DNA of 64,000 nucleotides from an uncultured Victivallis sp. (GCA_964540865.1 CAZION010000006.1:10367-74366); one strand, 5' to 3'; positions 20,874-30,196 are shown, counted from the stretch's first letter. Numbers and translations: made by a program. Notes: generated from the letters alone by a model not told the origin.

Positions 20874-21668
20874 TAAAACTTCTTTTTTCTTTAACAAAGC
20901 CCCGAGTTTTCCTACGGCTTCCCTTATCTTCTCCTCGTCGCGGGCAAACATCTTTTCACATTCCCTTGCAACTTTCGGCCTGAAAATCTTCACGACCTTG
21001 GTTGGAGAACCTGCCAGTCCGACTTTCTTCGGGTCGAGTGCAAGATCGTTTATTCCCCAGACGGGTATCTGCGATTTTCTCGCTTTCTGTTTTCCACGGA
21101 GCGTAGGGAGGCGCGGGTCGCTGACTTCCTTCACTACAGTCAAAAGGCACGGCATCTGTGCTTCAAGCTTTTCTGAACCTTCTTCGACCAGTCTTTGCGT
21201 GTCAATTACGCCGTTCGTGATCTTGCTCACCTTGTTGACATATGATGCGACCGGAAGTTTGAGGTAGGAGGCGATTTCCGGACCGACCTGTCCGGTATCC
21301 CCGTCGGTTGCTCGTTCGCCGCAAATTATGAGATCGTACTCGCCAATTTTCTTTATGGCTTCAGCGAGAACGTAGCTTGTCGCCCAAGTGTCTGAGCCGG
21401 CAAATGCCCTGTCGCTGAGGAGGACTGCGGAATCAACGCCCATTGCGATCGCCTCCTTGAGCGCTTCAATGGCCTTGGGCGGCCCCATTGAAATGGCAAT
21501 CGCTTCGCCGCCGTAGGTTTCCTTCAGCTGTACTGCTATTTCAATTGCATAAAGATCAAGGGGGTTGATGATTGATTCAACACCTTCCCTTATCACCGTG
21601 CCTGTCTTCTCATCCATCTTTACGGATTTTGTTTCAGGCACCTGTTTTATCGGAACAATTATTCGCAT
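20871..21668 (-). CDS. etfB: Electron transfer flavoprotein beta subunit
   Basis: IKQVP, INPLD, SMGPP, FAGSDTWAT, DGDTGQVGP, GSPT. Confidence 0.93.
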   Translation of the reverse strand: MRIIVPIKQVPETKSVKMDEKTGTVIREGVESIINPLDLYAIEIAVQLKETYGGEAIAISMGPPKAIEALKEAIAMGVDSAVLLSDRAFAGSDTWATSYVLAEAIKKIGEYDLIICGERATDGDTGQVGPEIASYLKLPVASYVNKVSKITNGVIDTQRLVEEGSEKLEAQMPCLLTVVKEVSDPRLPTLRGKQKARKSQIPVWGINDLALDPKKVGLAGSPTKVVKIFRPKVARECEKMFARDEEKIREAVGKLGALLKKKEVL

Positions 21669-21762
21669 GTCAAAACCTATATGTTTTGTTTTTATGATTT
21701 TCGTCATTAACATAATCAAGGCATGATGTTTTTAAACCCCATGATTGAAAATGTTCAATGCA

Positions 21763-22473
21763 TTAAAAATACATCTTTTCCAGCGACTTGTTTATTCCGG
21801 GCGCGCCGAAGAGCGGAAGATTTCTTGTCTTCATCACGTTTCCGAGATTTTTTACCGCCTTCTTGTCGAGTTCCTTCAAGCTTCCTGCGGAAAGGCCTTT
21901 CAGCATCGAGTTTGCCGAGCTTTCCAGAAGTTCAACTGTCAGAAGCGTCCAGTAAATATCACCTCGTGTCATTGTCACCAAACCGTGGTTTTCCATTATG
22001 AAACTGTTGTATTTCTGCAGGAAAGGCGAGAAGTTGGCGGCAAGTTGCTGGGTTAGCGGCTCAGCATAAGGCACGACCGGAACTGGGCCAACCTCTGTAG
22101 TTGTCTCAGGATAATACGGCCTCATCAGATGGTTTTTACCTTTCATGATCGCAAAAGCGCAGACACATGGCGGATGGCAGTGCAGGACGGAGACGATATC
22201 CACCCTTTCCTCGAAGAATTTCAGGTACATCGGCTTTTCACCGGTGGGTTTCCTCTTCCCTTCGACAATGTCACCATTGCGGTTTATGAAGACTACATCT
22301 CTGTCTGTTATGTCGCCCTTGTTCATCTGTGTGGGAGTTATAAGTATTGCATCGTCTTCAAGCTTCCATGCGAGGTTCCCGCCGAACGCGGTCACATACA
22401 TGTTCTTTGCAAGCCGTCCGCAGACTTTTACGAAGAGGGACACTTCTTTGCGATATTTTTTTGACAAACTCAT
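21763..22473 (-). CDS. Class II aldolase/adducin family protein
   Basis: GGNLAW, ITPT, KPTGE, HCHPP, MENHG. Confidence 0.85.
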   Translation of the reverse strand: MSLSKKYRKEVSLFVKVCGRLAKNMYVTAFGGNLAWKLEDDAILITPTQMNKGDITDRDVVFINRNGDIVEGKRKPTGEKPMYLKFFEERVDIVSVLHCHPPCVCAFAIMKGKNHLMRPYYPETTTEVGPVPVVPYAEPLTQQLAANFSPFLQKYNSFIMENHGLVTMTRGDIYWTLLTVELLESSANSMLKGLSAGSLKELDKKAVKNLGNVMKTRNLPLFGAPGINKSLEKMYF

Positions 22474-22525
22474 TTTATTTTCTCCTAATTTACTATATGT
22501 ATGATAATTCAAATTCTAATCAAGA

Positions 22526-22623
22526 CACGCTAAAGCCGTGAACTCCAACTTAGTTTCCTCCGAACTACTCTCTTACCCCTTGGCACTTACCTCTTACCAT
22601 TCGAAGTTGAATGTTCGATGTTA
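22526..22623. repeat. Composite: GGAG-type REP-like hairpin plus two heptamer tracts
   Basis: cacgctaaagccgtgaactcca; cttaccc cttggca cttacct cttacc; ttcgaag ttgaatg ttcgatg tta (ends in the gene stop). Confidence 0.6.
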
Positions 22624-23667
22624 TGGGATGATTACCACCTTCATCGCCCCGGATGAAGGGTTGCCCTGAACCTCTACAGCCCTGTTGAAATCGGCAAGGC
22701 CGAATTTATGGGTGACAAGTGCGTCCGCATTGATTTTTCCGGATTCAATAAGATCCCTGGCCTCGAGATAATCTTTCTGGACCGAGCTGTTCGCACCATG
22801 CACATGCAGTTCGAGATAATGGATGAGGTTCAGGTCTATCTGTTCGATCGGATCCGATTTCGGCATTCCTGCGAATATCGAAAGATGCCCTGAACGCGCA
22901 AGGATTTTGATTCCGACCGGAACAATTGATTTTACCGAAGCCGCGACCACAACCGCATCAACCCCGCGCCCCCCGGTATTCTGTTTCACCCAGTCAACCG
23001 GGTTTATTTTTGCGGTGTTCACAAGATTGTCGAAGGGCAGCTTCAGTCTCCTGTGGAGATCAAGCCTTTCCTGGGAAACATCCATTATGGTGATTTCCCT
23101 TGCACCTCTGGCTTTTGCCACCAGGGCGTTTAAAACTCCGATTATCCCGCCTCCGAAGACAACAACGTGTCCGCCATTTTCAAAGGGGATGCACCTCATT
23201 CCGTTGACACAGCAGCTCAACGGTTCAATGAGGGTTCCGGCTTCCGCGGACATCTTTCCGGATATCGGGATGAGACATCCCTGATCGACTCCAGCCTTCG
23301 GCATGACCATGTATTCAGCGAACCCGCCATTCCATTGGTATCCCATCGCCTTGAATCCGTTCTCGCATAGATTTTCCTGATGAACCCTGCACGAGGGGCA
23401 TTTCCCGCAGCCTATCACTGTCTGGACCGCATAACGTTCGCCTTTTCCAATTCCTTTCACGCCTTTGCCGGTTTCAACGACTGTTCCGGTTATCTCGTGT
23501 CCGACTATCGGAACGTCAACATGTTTTTCACCTTTCAGCACTCGCTGATCTGTTCCGCAGAGGGCGCACGCCTCAACCTTCAGCAACACTTCTCCTTCGG
23601 CTGGCTTGGGAGTCGCGACTTCTTCTACAACAATCAATCCGGGCTTTTTAATAACAGCGGCTTTCAT
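22621..23667 (-). CDS. Zn-dependent alcohol/polyol dehydrogenase
   Basis: CGTD, GHE, CGKCPSC...C, EPLSC, GGGIIG. Confidence 0.88.
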   Translation of the reverse strand: MKAAVIKKPGLIVVEEVATPKPAEGEVLLKVEACALCGTDQRVLKGEKHVDVPIVGHEITGTVVETGKGVKGIGKGERYAVQTVIGCGKCPSCRVHQENLCENGFKAMGYQWNGGFAEYMVMPKAGVDQGCLIPISGKMSAEAGTLIEPLSCCVNGMRCIPFENGGHVVVFGGGIIGVLNALVAKARGAREITIMDVSQERLDLHRRLKLPFDNLVNTAKINPVDWVKQNTGGRGVDAVVVAASVKSIVPVGIKILARSGHLSIFAGMPKSDPIEQIDLNLIHYLELHVHGANSSVQKDYLEARDLIESGKINADALVTHKFGLADFNRAVEVQGNPSSGAMKVVIIP

Positions 23668-23848
23668 CCTGTATCTCCTTCGTTATTGTTTAATGTTATT
23701 TTTGGAATAAAAATAACACTAAACTCTTTAGATATTCGCCTGTTCTATTGCGGCATTTGACCGCTTAATTTAATGTTAAAGAATTTCAAAGTTATGTACA
23801 TCATTCAATTTTCGGACTTCATCTTCTGCGAATTGTAAAATTCGCACA

Positions 23849-23958
23849 TGGAGTGCGGCAATTCATTGCCGCCTTTAATGACGGAATTTATTCCGTTCCA
23901 TCTAAATGCCGTGAAATAAATTTCACGAAACAAGGCGGTAATAAATTACCGCACTCCA
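23849..23958. repeat. REPIN-like element with GGAG-type terminal REPs and two internal hairpins
   Basis: tggagtgcggcaattcattgccgc ... gcggtaataaattaccgcactcca. Confidence 0.75.
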
Positions 23959-24032
23959 CGGAGCGTTGTCACGCTCGTAAATCAAAAATTCATTCCAACG
24001 TTTTCGAACTCAAGTATTCTGTCTTTTGCACC

Positions 24033-24060
24033 CCATTCGAAGTTCAATGTTCGAAGTTCA
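24033..24060. repeat. TTCGAAG/TTCAATG heptamer tract
   Basis: ccattcgaagttcaatgttcgaagtt matches 22597-22622 at 24 of 26 positions. Confidence 0.6.
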
Positions 24061-24098
24061 AATTATTAAAGTTGGGGCCTACAGCAGCCTAATTTCAA

Positions 24099-25136
24099 CT
24101 ACAACTCAATCATGGCCTTCACTACGCCATCTTTGTAATCGGCTACAAGTTCAAACGCCTCCTTTGTGTCTTTGAACTTGAAACGGTGTGTAGTCATTTT
24201 GTTGACATCGAACAGTTTTTTGTCTATCATGTCGAGGGCCGCCTGAACACAATGATTCTGGCGTCTTACATTCTGGATGCAGATTTCCTTCCTTCGTGAA
24301 AGATCGACATTCAGAGACCAGGATTTCATTGAGGGAGGAATTCCGATGAGCATGATCTTGCCGCCTGGTTTCACAAGCTCTACAGCCTGTTCGAGCGCCT
24401 CCTGCTGTCCGCAGCATTCAAAAACGGCATCAAATAGAAGAGGCTCCTTATCGGTGATTTCCTTCACGATGTCACACTTCGTCGGATTGCCGGTCCAGGT
24501 GGCGCCCATCTTTTCCGCAAGCTGGATACGGCTGTCAATCTTATCGGTCATATATACTTTTTCCGCGCCCTGCGCCATTGCCGGAAGAAGGACGCTGAGA
24601 CCTATCGGGCCTGCGCCGAGAATTGCGATTTTCGCAGCTTCCATCGGAATCGACCTTTTCACGGCGTAAACTCCGATCGCGAGAGGTTCGGAAATTGCGG
24701 CCTCCTCAAATGACATCGAATCCCTTATTTTAAAACAGCATTCCTCCGGCATGACGATATATTCTGAAAGACAGCCGTCGGCCTGTTTCGGACAGCCGAG
24801 GAAACGGAGTTTCCTGCACGTGTGTGAACGTCCGGCCCTGCACTGGTCGCATTGATGGCATGACATCGCCGGCTCGATTGCAATCCTGTCTCCCGGTTTC
24901 ACCTTTGTAACCGCAGATCCGACTTTGTCGACTGTTCCGGCACCCTCGTGTCCTACGGCGAACGGATATTCTACTACCTGGCTTCCGATTTTGCCTCCGA
25001 CATAATAGTGGACATCGGAGCCGCAGACCCCGACAATTTTCATCCTGATGAGAACATCGTTCGGATTCTTTATTTCCGGAGCGGGGACATCCTGCATCTC
25101 CATCCGGCGTATTCCTGTCAGCATCATCGCTTTCAT
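24099..25136 (-). CDS. Zn-dependent polyol dehydrogenase (sorbitol/L-iditol dehydrogenase-like)
   Basis: GGAG RBS, CGSDVHYY, GHEG, CHQCDQC...C, EPLAIG, GAGPIG. Confidence 0.88.
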   Translation of the reverse strand: MKAMMLTGIRRMEMQDVPAPEIKNPNDVLIRMKIVGVCGSDVHYYVGGKIGSQVVEYPFAVGHEGAGTVDKVGSAVTKVKPGDRIAIEPAMSCHQCDQCRAGRSHTCRKLRFLGCPKQADGCLSEYIVMPEECCFKIRDSMSFEEAAISEPLAIGVYAVKRSIPMEAAKIAILGAGPIGLSVLLPAMAQGAEKVYMTDKIDSRIQLAEKMGATWTGNPTKCDIVKEITDKEPLLFDAVFECCGQQEALEQAVELVKPGGKIMLIGIPPSMKSWSLNVDLSRRKEICIQNVRRQNHCVQAALDMIDKKLFDVNKMTTHRFKFKDTKEAFELVADYKDGVVKAMIEL

Positions 25137-25203
25137 TGTTTTCTCCGTATTTTTATATTTGCGCAACGTGGTGCGTTTTTCTGTACGTACGAATTTATAA
25201 TGA

Positions 25204-25238
25204 AATCAAAAATAATCAATAACAATCAAATATAATCA
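25204..25238. promoter_or_regulatory. Putative DeoR-family operator: four AATCA repeats at a 10-bp period
   Basis: AATCA at 25204, 25214, 25224 and 25234, between divergent catabolic genes and the DeoR gene. Confidence 0.7.
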
Positions 25239-25341
25239 TGATAAATTTTCAACTGAGGTTGAAAATTTAAAAAGATGAAGGACAATAATGTGGAGTAGCC
25301 GTGAGCTGTTATGATTGATATAATTATCAGGGAAAGTTGTT

Positions 25342-26112
25342 ATGCTTCAGAAAGAGAGACAGGATAAGATTTTGGAATGCCTTTCCGGCGGGAACTATCT
25401 TTCCGTTGAAGAGGCGGTGCGGGTTTTCAAGTCGAGTCCGGCCACTATCCGCAGGGATTTCCTGGAGCTTGCAGAATCCGGGCAGGTGCTGAAGGTCAGA
25501 GGCGGGATAAGTTCCAGGAAGGCACAGACGGTCCTACCGTTTTCCGACAGGGAGTCGTCCTGTTTCTCCGAAAAAGAGGCCATTGCGAAATCCGCAGTTT
25601 CCATGATCGGTGCAGGCGATGTGGTCTTCATAGACGGCGGTACGACCACCTTCCACATGGCTTCTGTTCTCCCTGACATGAACATAAGGATAATAACAAA
25701 CTCACTCAGGCTTGCTTCGGCGCTGGAAGAGAGGAGCTTGAACGCCAGATGGGAGATTTATCTGACCGGTGGATTCCTATACACGAGATCCGGCATTCTT
25801 CTGGGACCTAATACGCAGGGCAGTCTTGCCCAGTACCATGCCAACCTGGCATTCCTCTCGGTAAGCGGAATTGACGGTGACGGCGTCTACAACAACAGCG
25901 AGCTAGTGGTGGACGCGGAAAGAGTCATGATAAGCAACTCCGACAGGACCGTCATCATGGCCGATCATACCAAGATCGGCAAGCACGGGCTTGCCAAAGT
26001 CTGCGACATTGACAAGATCCACGGAATTATAACTGACAGAAACGTTAGCATTAATAAAAATCTCAATCTCATCAGGAAAAAAGGTGTTGAAATAACGCTG
26101 GTTGACGTGTGA
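25342..26112 (+). CDS. DeoR/GlpR family transcriptional regulator
   Basis: SPATIRRDF HTH, EKEAIA, IDGGTTT, ITNSL, ADHTK. Confidence 0.93.
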   Translation: MLQKERQDKILECLSGGNYLSVEEAVRVFKSSPATIRRDFLELAESGQVLKVRGGISSRKAQTVLPFSDRESSCFSEKEAIAKSAVSMIGAGDVVFIDGGTTTFHMASVLPDMNIRIITNSLRLASALEERSLNARWEIYLTGGFLYTRSGILLGPNTQGSLAQYHANLAFLSVSGIDGDGVYNNSELVVDAERVMISNSDRTVIMADHTKIGKHGLAKVCDIDKIHGIITDRNVSINKNLNLIRKKGVEITLVDV

Positions 26113-26359
26113 GGCTAAGGTGTCTCATCCTTCTGACTGCCCGTTCCCTATTGAATGCAATTTGATTAAGCCGGGGCAACGCGTCAGTTTTCTTTGGTGC
26201 AATGCGTCTCAAATAGGTAACGCGAATGGGGAGTACCCCGCGATCTCGGGATTCCGCCGCGGCGGACCAAGTTATTTGCACGCAATGAAATTATTGCAGA
26301 ATGCACCACGGCAACTTATATTATATTGCCGATAACTTATGCGATGTGGGTGTATAAAC

Positions 26360-27334
26360 ATGAGCAACATTGTCCAGTGCGAATTGTGTCCGCGGTATTG
26401 TATGATAAAACCGGGGCAGAGCGGTGAGTGCCGGGTCCGCGTGAACATGGACGGTTCCCTGAAGTCAGTTGTTTATGGATTCCCGTGCTCCGTGCACATT
26501 GATCCTGTAGAGAAGAAACCATGCTTCCATTTCCTGCCTGGGACAAAATCTCTTTCTTTGGCCACGGTCGGTTGTAATCTTCATTGCCTCAACTGCCAGA
26601 ACTGGGAGATATCCCAGGCCAATCCAGAGGATGGCGAGGCCTATTCACTTCTTCCGGATCAGGTTGTCGCAGCGGCAAAAAAATATGACTGCGCCTCCAT
26701 TTCATATACTTATACGGACCCGGTGGTCTTTTACGAATATGTCCTGGACACTGCGAAAATCGCAAAGCCGGAAGGGATAAGGAGCATTTTCGTGACCGCC
26801 GGCTACATAAATCCTGAACCCTGGAAGAATATCCTGAAATACATTGATGTGGCAAGGATAGACCTGAAGGGGTTCAATGAGGAGTTCTACCGGAAAGTAT
26901 CGAGCGCAACCCTTCAGCCTGTGCTTGATGCCATTGTCATGGCGAAAAAATCCGGTGTCCATGTTGAGATCATAAACCTTGTGATTCCTACATTGAATGA
27001 CAAGCCTGAGGAAATCAGGGACATGATGCGGTGGATAAAAACAAATGCGGGGGAGGATACTCCCGTCCATTTTTCCAGGTTCCACCCCCAGTACAAGATG
27101 AAGAACTTGCCGCCGACACCTGCGGAAACCCTTGATAACGCAAGGAAAATAGCGATGTCTGAAGGGCTTCAATATGTCTATATCGGAAACTTGTTGAGCA
27201 GGGAGGCGCAGAACACCTATTGTCCTTCCTGCAAGAAGCTGCTGATAGAAAGAAACGGCTATAACCTGCTTCAGAATAATGTGAAGGATGGACGCTGTTC
27301 ATGCGGAAAGCAGATACACGGGGTGTGGAAATGA
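26360..27334 (+). CDS. amrS: AmmeMemoRadiSam system radical SAM enzyme
   Basis: CELCPRYC, DPVEKKP, GCNLHCLNCQNWEISQ, HFSRFHP, YVYIGN, TYCPSC. Confidence 0.92.
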   Translation: MSNIVQCELCPRYCMIKPGQSGECRVRVNMDGSLKSVVYGFPCSVHIDPVEKKPCFHFLPGTKSLSLATVGCNLHCLNCQNWEISQANPEDGEAYSLLPDQVVAAAKKYDCASISYTYTDPVVFYEYVLDTAKIAKPEGIRSIFVTAGYINPEPWKNILKYIDVARIDLKGFNEEFYRKVSSATLQPVLDAIVMAKKSGVHVEIINLVIPTLNDKPEEIRDMMRWIKTNAGEDTPVHFSRFHPQYKMKNLPPTPAETLDNARKIAMSEGLQYVYIGNLLSREAQNTYCPSCKKLLIERNGYNLLQNNVKDGRCSCGKQIHGVWK

Positions 27335-27528
27335 AACGCAGGGATTTCATGATAAAATTTTCCGGAATCGCGCTTGGTGCAGCCTTTATATCCGGATTCT
27401 TTTGGGCCAGTGTGAAGTCAAAGGATGTTTACCGGAGATTTTTATATGCCGATAAGATGAAAAAATATCCAGGAAGGATAAAGCCCATGGGGGATGAAAT
27501 CAGAACTGAAGGCAAATGGAACGGGTGA
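27331..27528 (+). CDS. Small protein with twin-arginine-like signal
   Basis: MKRRDFMIKFSGIALGAAF; ATGA overlap with the amrS stop. Confidence 0.65.
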   Translation: MKRRDFMIKFSGIALGAAFISGFFWASVKSKDVYRRFLYADKMKKYPGRIKPMGDEIRTEGKWNG

Positions 27529-27634
27529 GTTGGGTTAGGCTGTAACTCCAACTTGTCCTTGTTAATTTTTCCGGGACGGAAAAATTTCCTTATTCTGAAA
27601 GCCTTGAAGTCTTGCAATATGATCGTATATTTGA

Positions 27635-27658
27635 ACAGACCAGTTTGACAGACCTGTT
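27635..27658. promoter_or_regulatory. Possible TA autorepression site
   Basis: Direct repeat acagaccagtt / acagacctgtt just upstream of the antitoxin RBS. Confidence 0.35.
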
Positions 27659-27676
27659 ATCTTAATGGAGGGTGCT

Positions 27677-27946
27677 ATGAAAACATATGGGGCTTTCGAG
27701 GCCAAGACTCATTTCTCCCAGTTGCTTGCGCTGGTGGAAAGCACCGGTGAGGAAATTCTCATACGGAAAAGGGGAAAGGGTGTGGCTGTGCTTATTCCTT
27801 ATGCGAAGAGAGATGATTCAGAGAGAGAAAGGAAGGCTCAGGAGATATTGAACAACTTCAAGATAATCCGGGAATCGCAGGCGGAATACAGATCTGCCGG
27901 GAAAATGACTGCTAAGGAAATGGTGAATTTCGGGAGGAAGAGATGA
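27677..27946 (+). CDS. Phd/YefM family antitoxin
   Basis: GAFEAKTHFSQLL...EILIRKRGKGVAVLIP. Confidence 0.88.
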   Translation: MKTYGAFEAKTHFSQLLALVESTGEEILIRKRGKGVAVLIPYAKRDDSERERKAQEILNNFKIIRESQAEYRSAGKMTAKEMVNFGRKR

Positions 27947-28386
27947 ACAGGAAAGTTGTAATTGATGCATCAGTTTCGGCTTCCTGGTTCCTGCATGACG
28001 AATTTAATCAGAAAGCCGACGAACTTCTGAAAGAGGTGATACATGGGAGAATTGACCTTTTCCAGCCGCTTCTTTGGAAATATGAGATTATAAATGTGCT
28101 TAGGACAGCCATCCTCCAAAAGAGAATTGCCAAGGACAAGGCGATGCTTGCTGTTTCAACTATAAACAGTATCAAGGTGGAATATATTGTTCCTGGCAAT
28201 GAAGACATGTTAAACTTGATGAGGATTGCAGATGAGAATTCCCTGACCGCATATGATGCATCCTATCTCCATACTGCCGAGATGAAATCAGGAGAGCTCT
28301 TTACGTCCGACAAGGATCTGCTTAAACTGAAGAATAAATATTCATTTGTCAGGAGGATTGATGAATTTACGGTAAAATATAATTGA
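27943..28386 (+). CDS. VapC-like PIN domain toxin
   Basis: VIDASVSASW, YEIINVL, LTAYDASYL, TSD; ATGA overlap with the antitoxin. Confidence 0.88.
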   Translation: MNRKVVIDASVSASWFLHDEFNQKADELLKEVIHGRIDLFQPLLWKYEIINVLRTAILQKRIAKDKAMLAVSTINSIKVEYIVPGNEDMLNLMRIADENSLTAYDASYLHTAEMKSGELFTSDKDLLKLKNKYSFVRRIDEFTVKYN

Positions 28387-28462
28387 GAAACTGCAGGCCA
28401 TCCTTTGCAAAGAAGCTAGGTCTTGGTAAATAGGAATGCCTGCTTTATTCAGGGGGAAGATC

Positions 28463-30073
28463 ATGAAGAAATCTCTTTTCTGCATCGTTGTTTTTCTGTT
28501 CTGTGTTTTTTTCTGTCTGGCAGAGACAGGAAAAAACTTCAAGTCCACGCTTGACGGGAAATGGTATCCTGCCGACCGTGCCGGGCTGACAAAACAGCTC
28601 TCCGAGCTGTACAAGGCTGCAGAGGCGGAAGAGTTGAAAGACGTCATAGCACTCATCCAGCCGCATGCGGGATATCAGTATTCCGGAAAAACTGCCTTCT
28701 GCGGACTCAAATCACTCGGGAAGAGCTATAAGAGAATTGTCATTTTGGGACCGTCACACACTATGCACATGACCAACATTCTCAGTGTGCCGAAATATGA
28801 CAGTTTCGAGACGCCTTTAGGAAGAGTTCCGATGGATGTGGAATTCATGGAGAAGCTCCTCAAGCATCCGAGCTTCAAGGATGCTCCGGAAGCCTTGACC
28901 AGGGAGCACAGCGTCCAGATCCAGGTGCCACTCCTTCAATACGCGTGGCAAATCCGAAACTCGAAATCCGAAATCCGAAACACTAGGGATAAACAGGCTG
29001 CCGCCGACGGACGACCGACGCCCCTCCTACGCCAAGGCTTCGAAGGGCAGGCTGACGCCTTCCCAAAAATAGTTTTCATCATCGCCGGGCAGTGTTCGAT
29101 GGACACGGTGAAGGATGCAGGTAAAATTTTGAGGGGACTTCTGGATGACGATACGCTTCTTCTGATAAGCTCGGATTTCACGCACTATGGAGATAATTAC
29201 GATTATTTCCCTTTCAAGGATGATGTGCCGGCAAAATTGAAGGAGCTTGACTTCGGCGCCTATGAAATGATCCGGAAAAAGGACGCAGAGGGATTCGGTA
29301 AATATATTGAGAAGACCGGAGACACCGTTTGCGGGTATGTTCCGATTGAAACGCTCCTTTCAATGCTGCCGGAAAATGCCTGCGCCGTGAAAACAGCTTA
29401 TACTACGTCAGGTGAGATCCTGAAGGATTACAGCAGTTCGGTGAGTTACTTTTCCATTGCATTTACCGGAAAATGGGGTGAACGCAAGGAACCGGAGGAG
29501 AAAAAGAAAACCGGCACGCTGTCTGCCGAAGATAAGAACACGCTTCTTTCACTTGCAAGAAAGACAATCGTATTTTATCTGGATAAACGGAAAATCCCGG
29601 AACCGTCTGATTTGGGCGTTGTATTGCCTGATGGGGTTAAAGAAGAGCGGGCTTGTTTTGTGACACTTAAGGAGAATGGTGAACTGCGCGGATGCATCGG
29701 CGAAATCTTCCCAGGTCAGCCATTGTATAAATCGGTCATTGTCCATGCCGTTGCGGCGGCCGTAAGGGATCCCCGTTTTGAGGCTGTCTCAAAAGATGAG
29801 GTCGGGAAGCTGTCTATTGAGATTTCCGCGCTGACTCCGCCACGGGGAGTTTCTTCGTACAAGGATATAAAAATCGGAACAGATGGAATGGTGCTTAAAA
29901 AAAGCATGCGTTCGGCTGTTTTCCTCCCTCAGGTAGCAACAGAGCAGGGATGGAGTCTCGAACAGACCCTTAGCGCCCTTTCCAGAAAGGCCGGACTTCC
30001 TGAGAATGCTTGGAAGGAAGGCGCAAGTTTCCTGACTTTCCAGGCGGAAGTGTTCGGTGAAGCTGATAAATGA
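28463..30073 (+). CDS. AmmeMemoRadiSam protein B (MEMO1) fused to protein A (AMMECR1), with signal peptide and in-frame repeat insertion
   Basis: WYP, PHAGYQYSG, GPSH, EHS, SSDFTHYG, TVCG; then CFVTL, LRGCIG, DPRF, FLPQV, KAG. Confidence 0.92.
   Translation: MKKSLFCIVVFLFCVFFCLAETGKNFKSTLDGKWYPADRAGLTKQLSELYKAAEAEELKDVIALIQPHAGYQYSGKTAFCGLKSLGKSYKRIVILGPSHTMHMTNILSVPKYDSFETPLGRVPMDVEFMEKLLKHPSFKDAPEALTREHSVQIQVPLLQYAWQIRNSKSEIRNTRDKQAAADGRPTPLLRQGFEGQADAFPKIVFIIAGQCSMDTVKDAGKILRGLLDDDTLLLISSDFTHYGDNYDYFPFKDDVPAKLKELDFGAYEMIRKKDAEGFGKYIEKTGDTVCGYVPIETLLSMLPENACAVKTAYTTSGEILKDYSSSVSYFSIAFTGKWGERKEPEEKKKTGTLSAEDKNTLLSLARKTIVFYLDKRKIPEPSDLGVVLPDGVKEERACFVTLKENGELRGCIGEIFPGQPLYKSVIVHAVAAAVRDPRFEAVSKDEVGKLSIEISALTPPRGVSSYKDIKIGTDGMVLKKSMRSAVFLPQVATEQGWSLEQTLSALSRKAGLPENAWKEGASFLTFQAEVFGEADK
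28949..29059 (+). repeat. Composite repeat insertion read in frame within the AmrB domain
   Basis: aaatccg aaactcg aaatccg aaatccg (28950-28977) and cctcctacgccaaggcttcgaagggcaggc (29023-29052). Confidence 0.8.
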
Positions 30074-30196
30074 GGCTGATTGTTGGCAAACACAAACTCC
30101 AAACAGGAAAAGTATAAGAACAGCCCTTGCGGGCTTGACTACGAACAGGAATTCGTTGGTAGTTAATGCCGCTAGGCATGTTCTTGGATTATCCAC

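Noticed and set aside
26102..26335. ORF with IKPGQ resembling the AmrS N-terminus
   Set aside because: A five-residue match, no RBS, and overlap with the DeoR end; likely chance.
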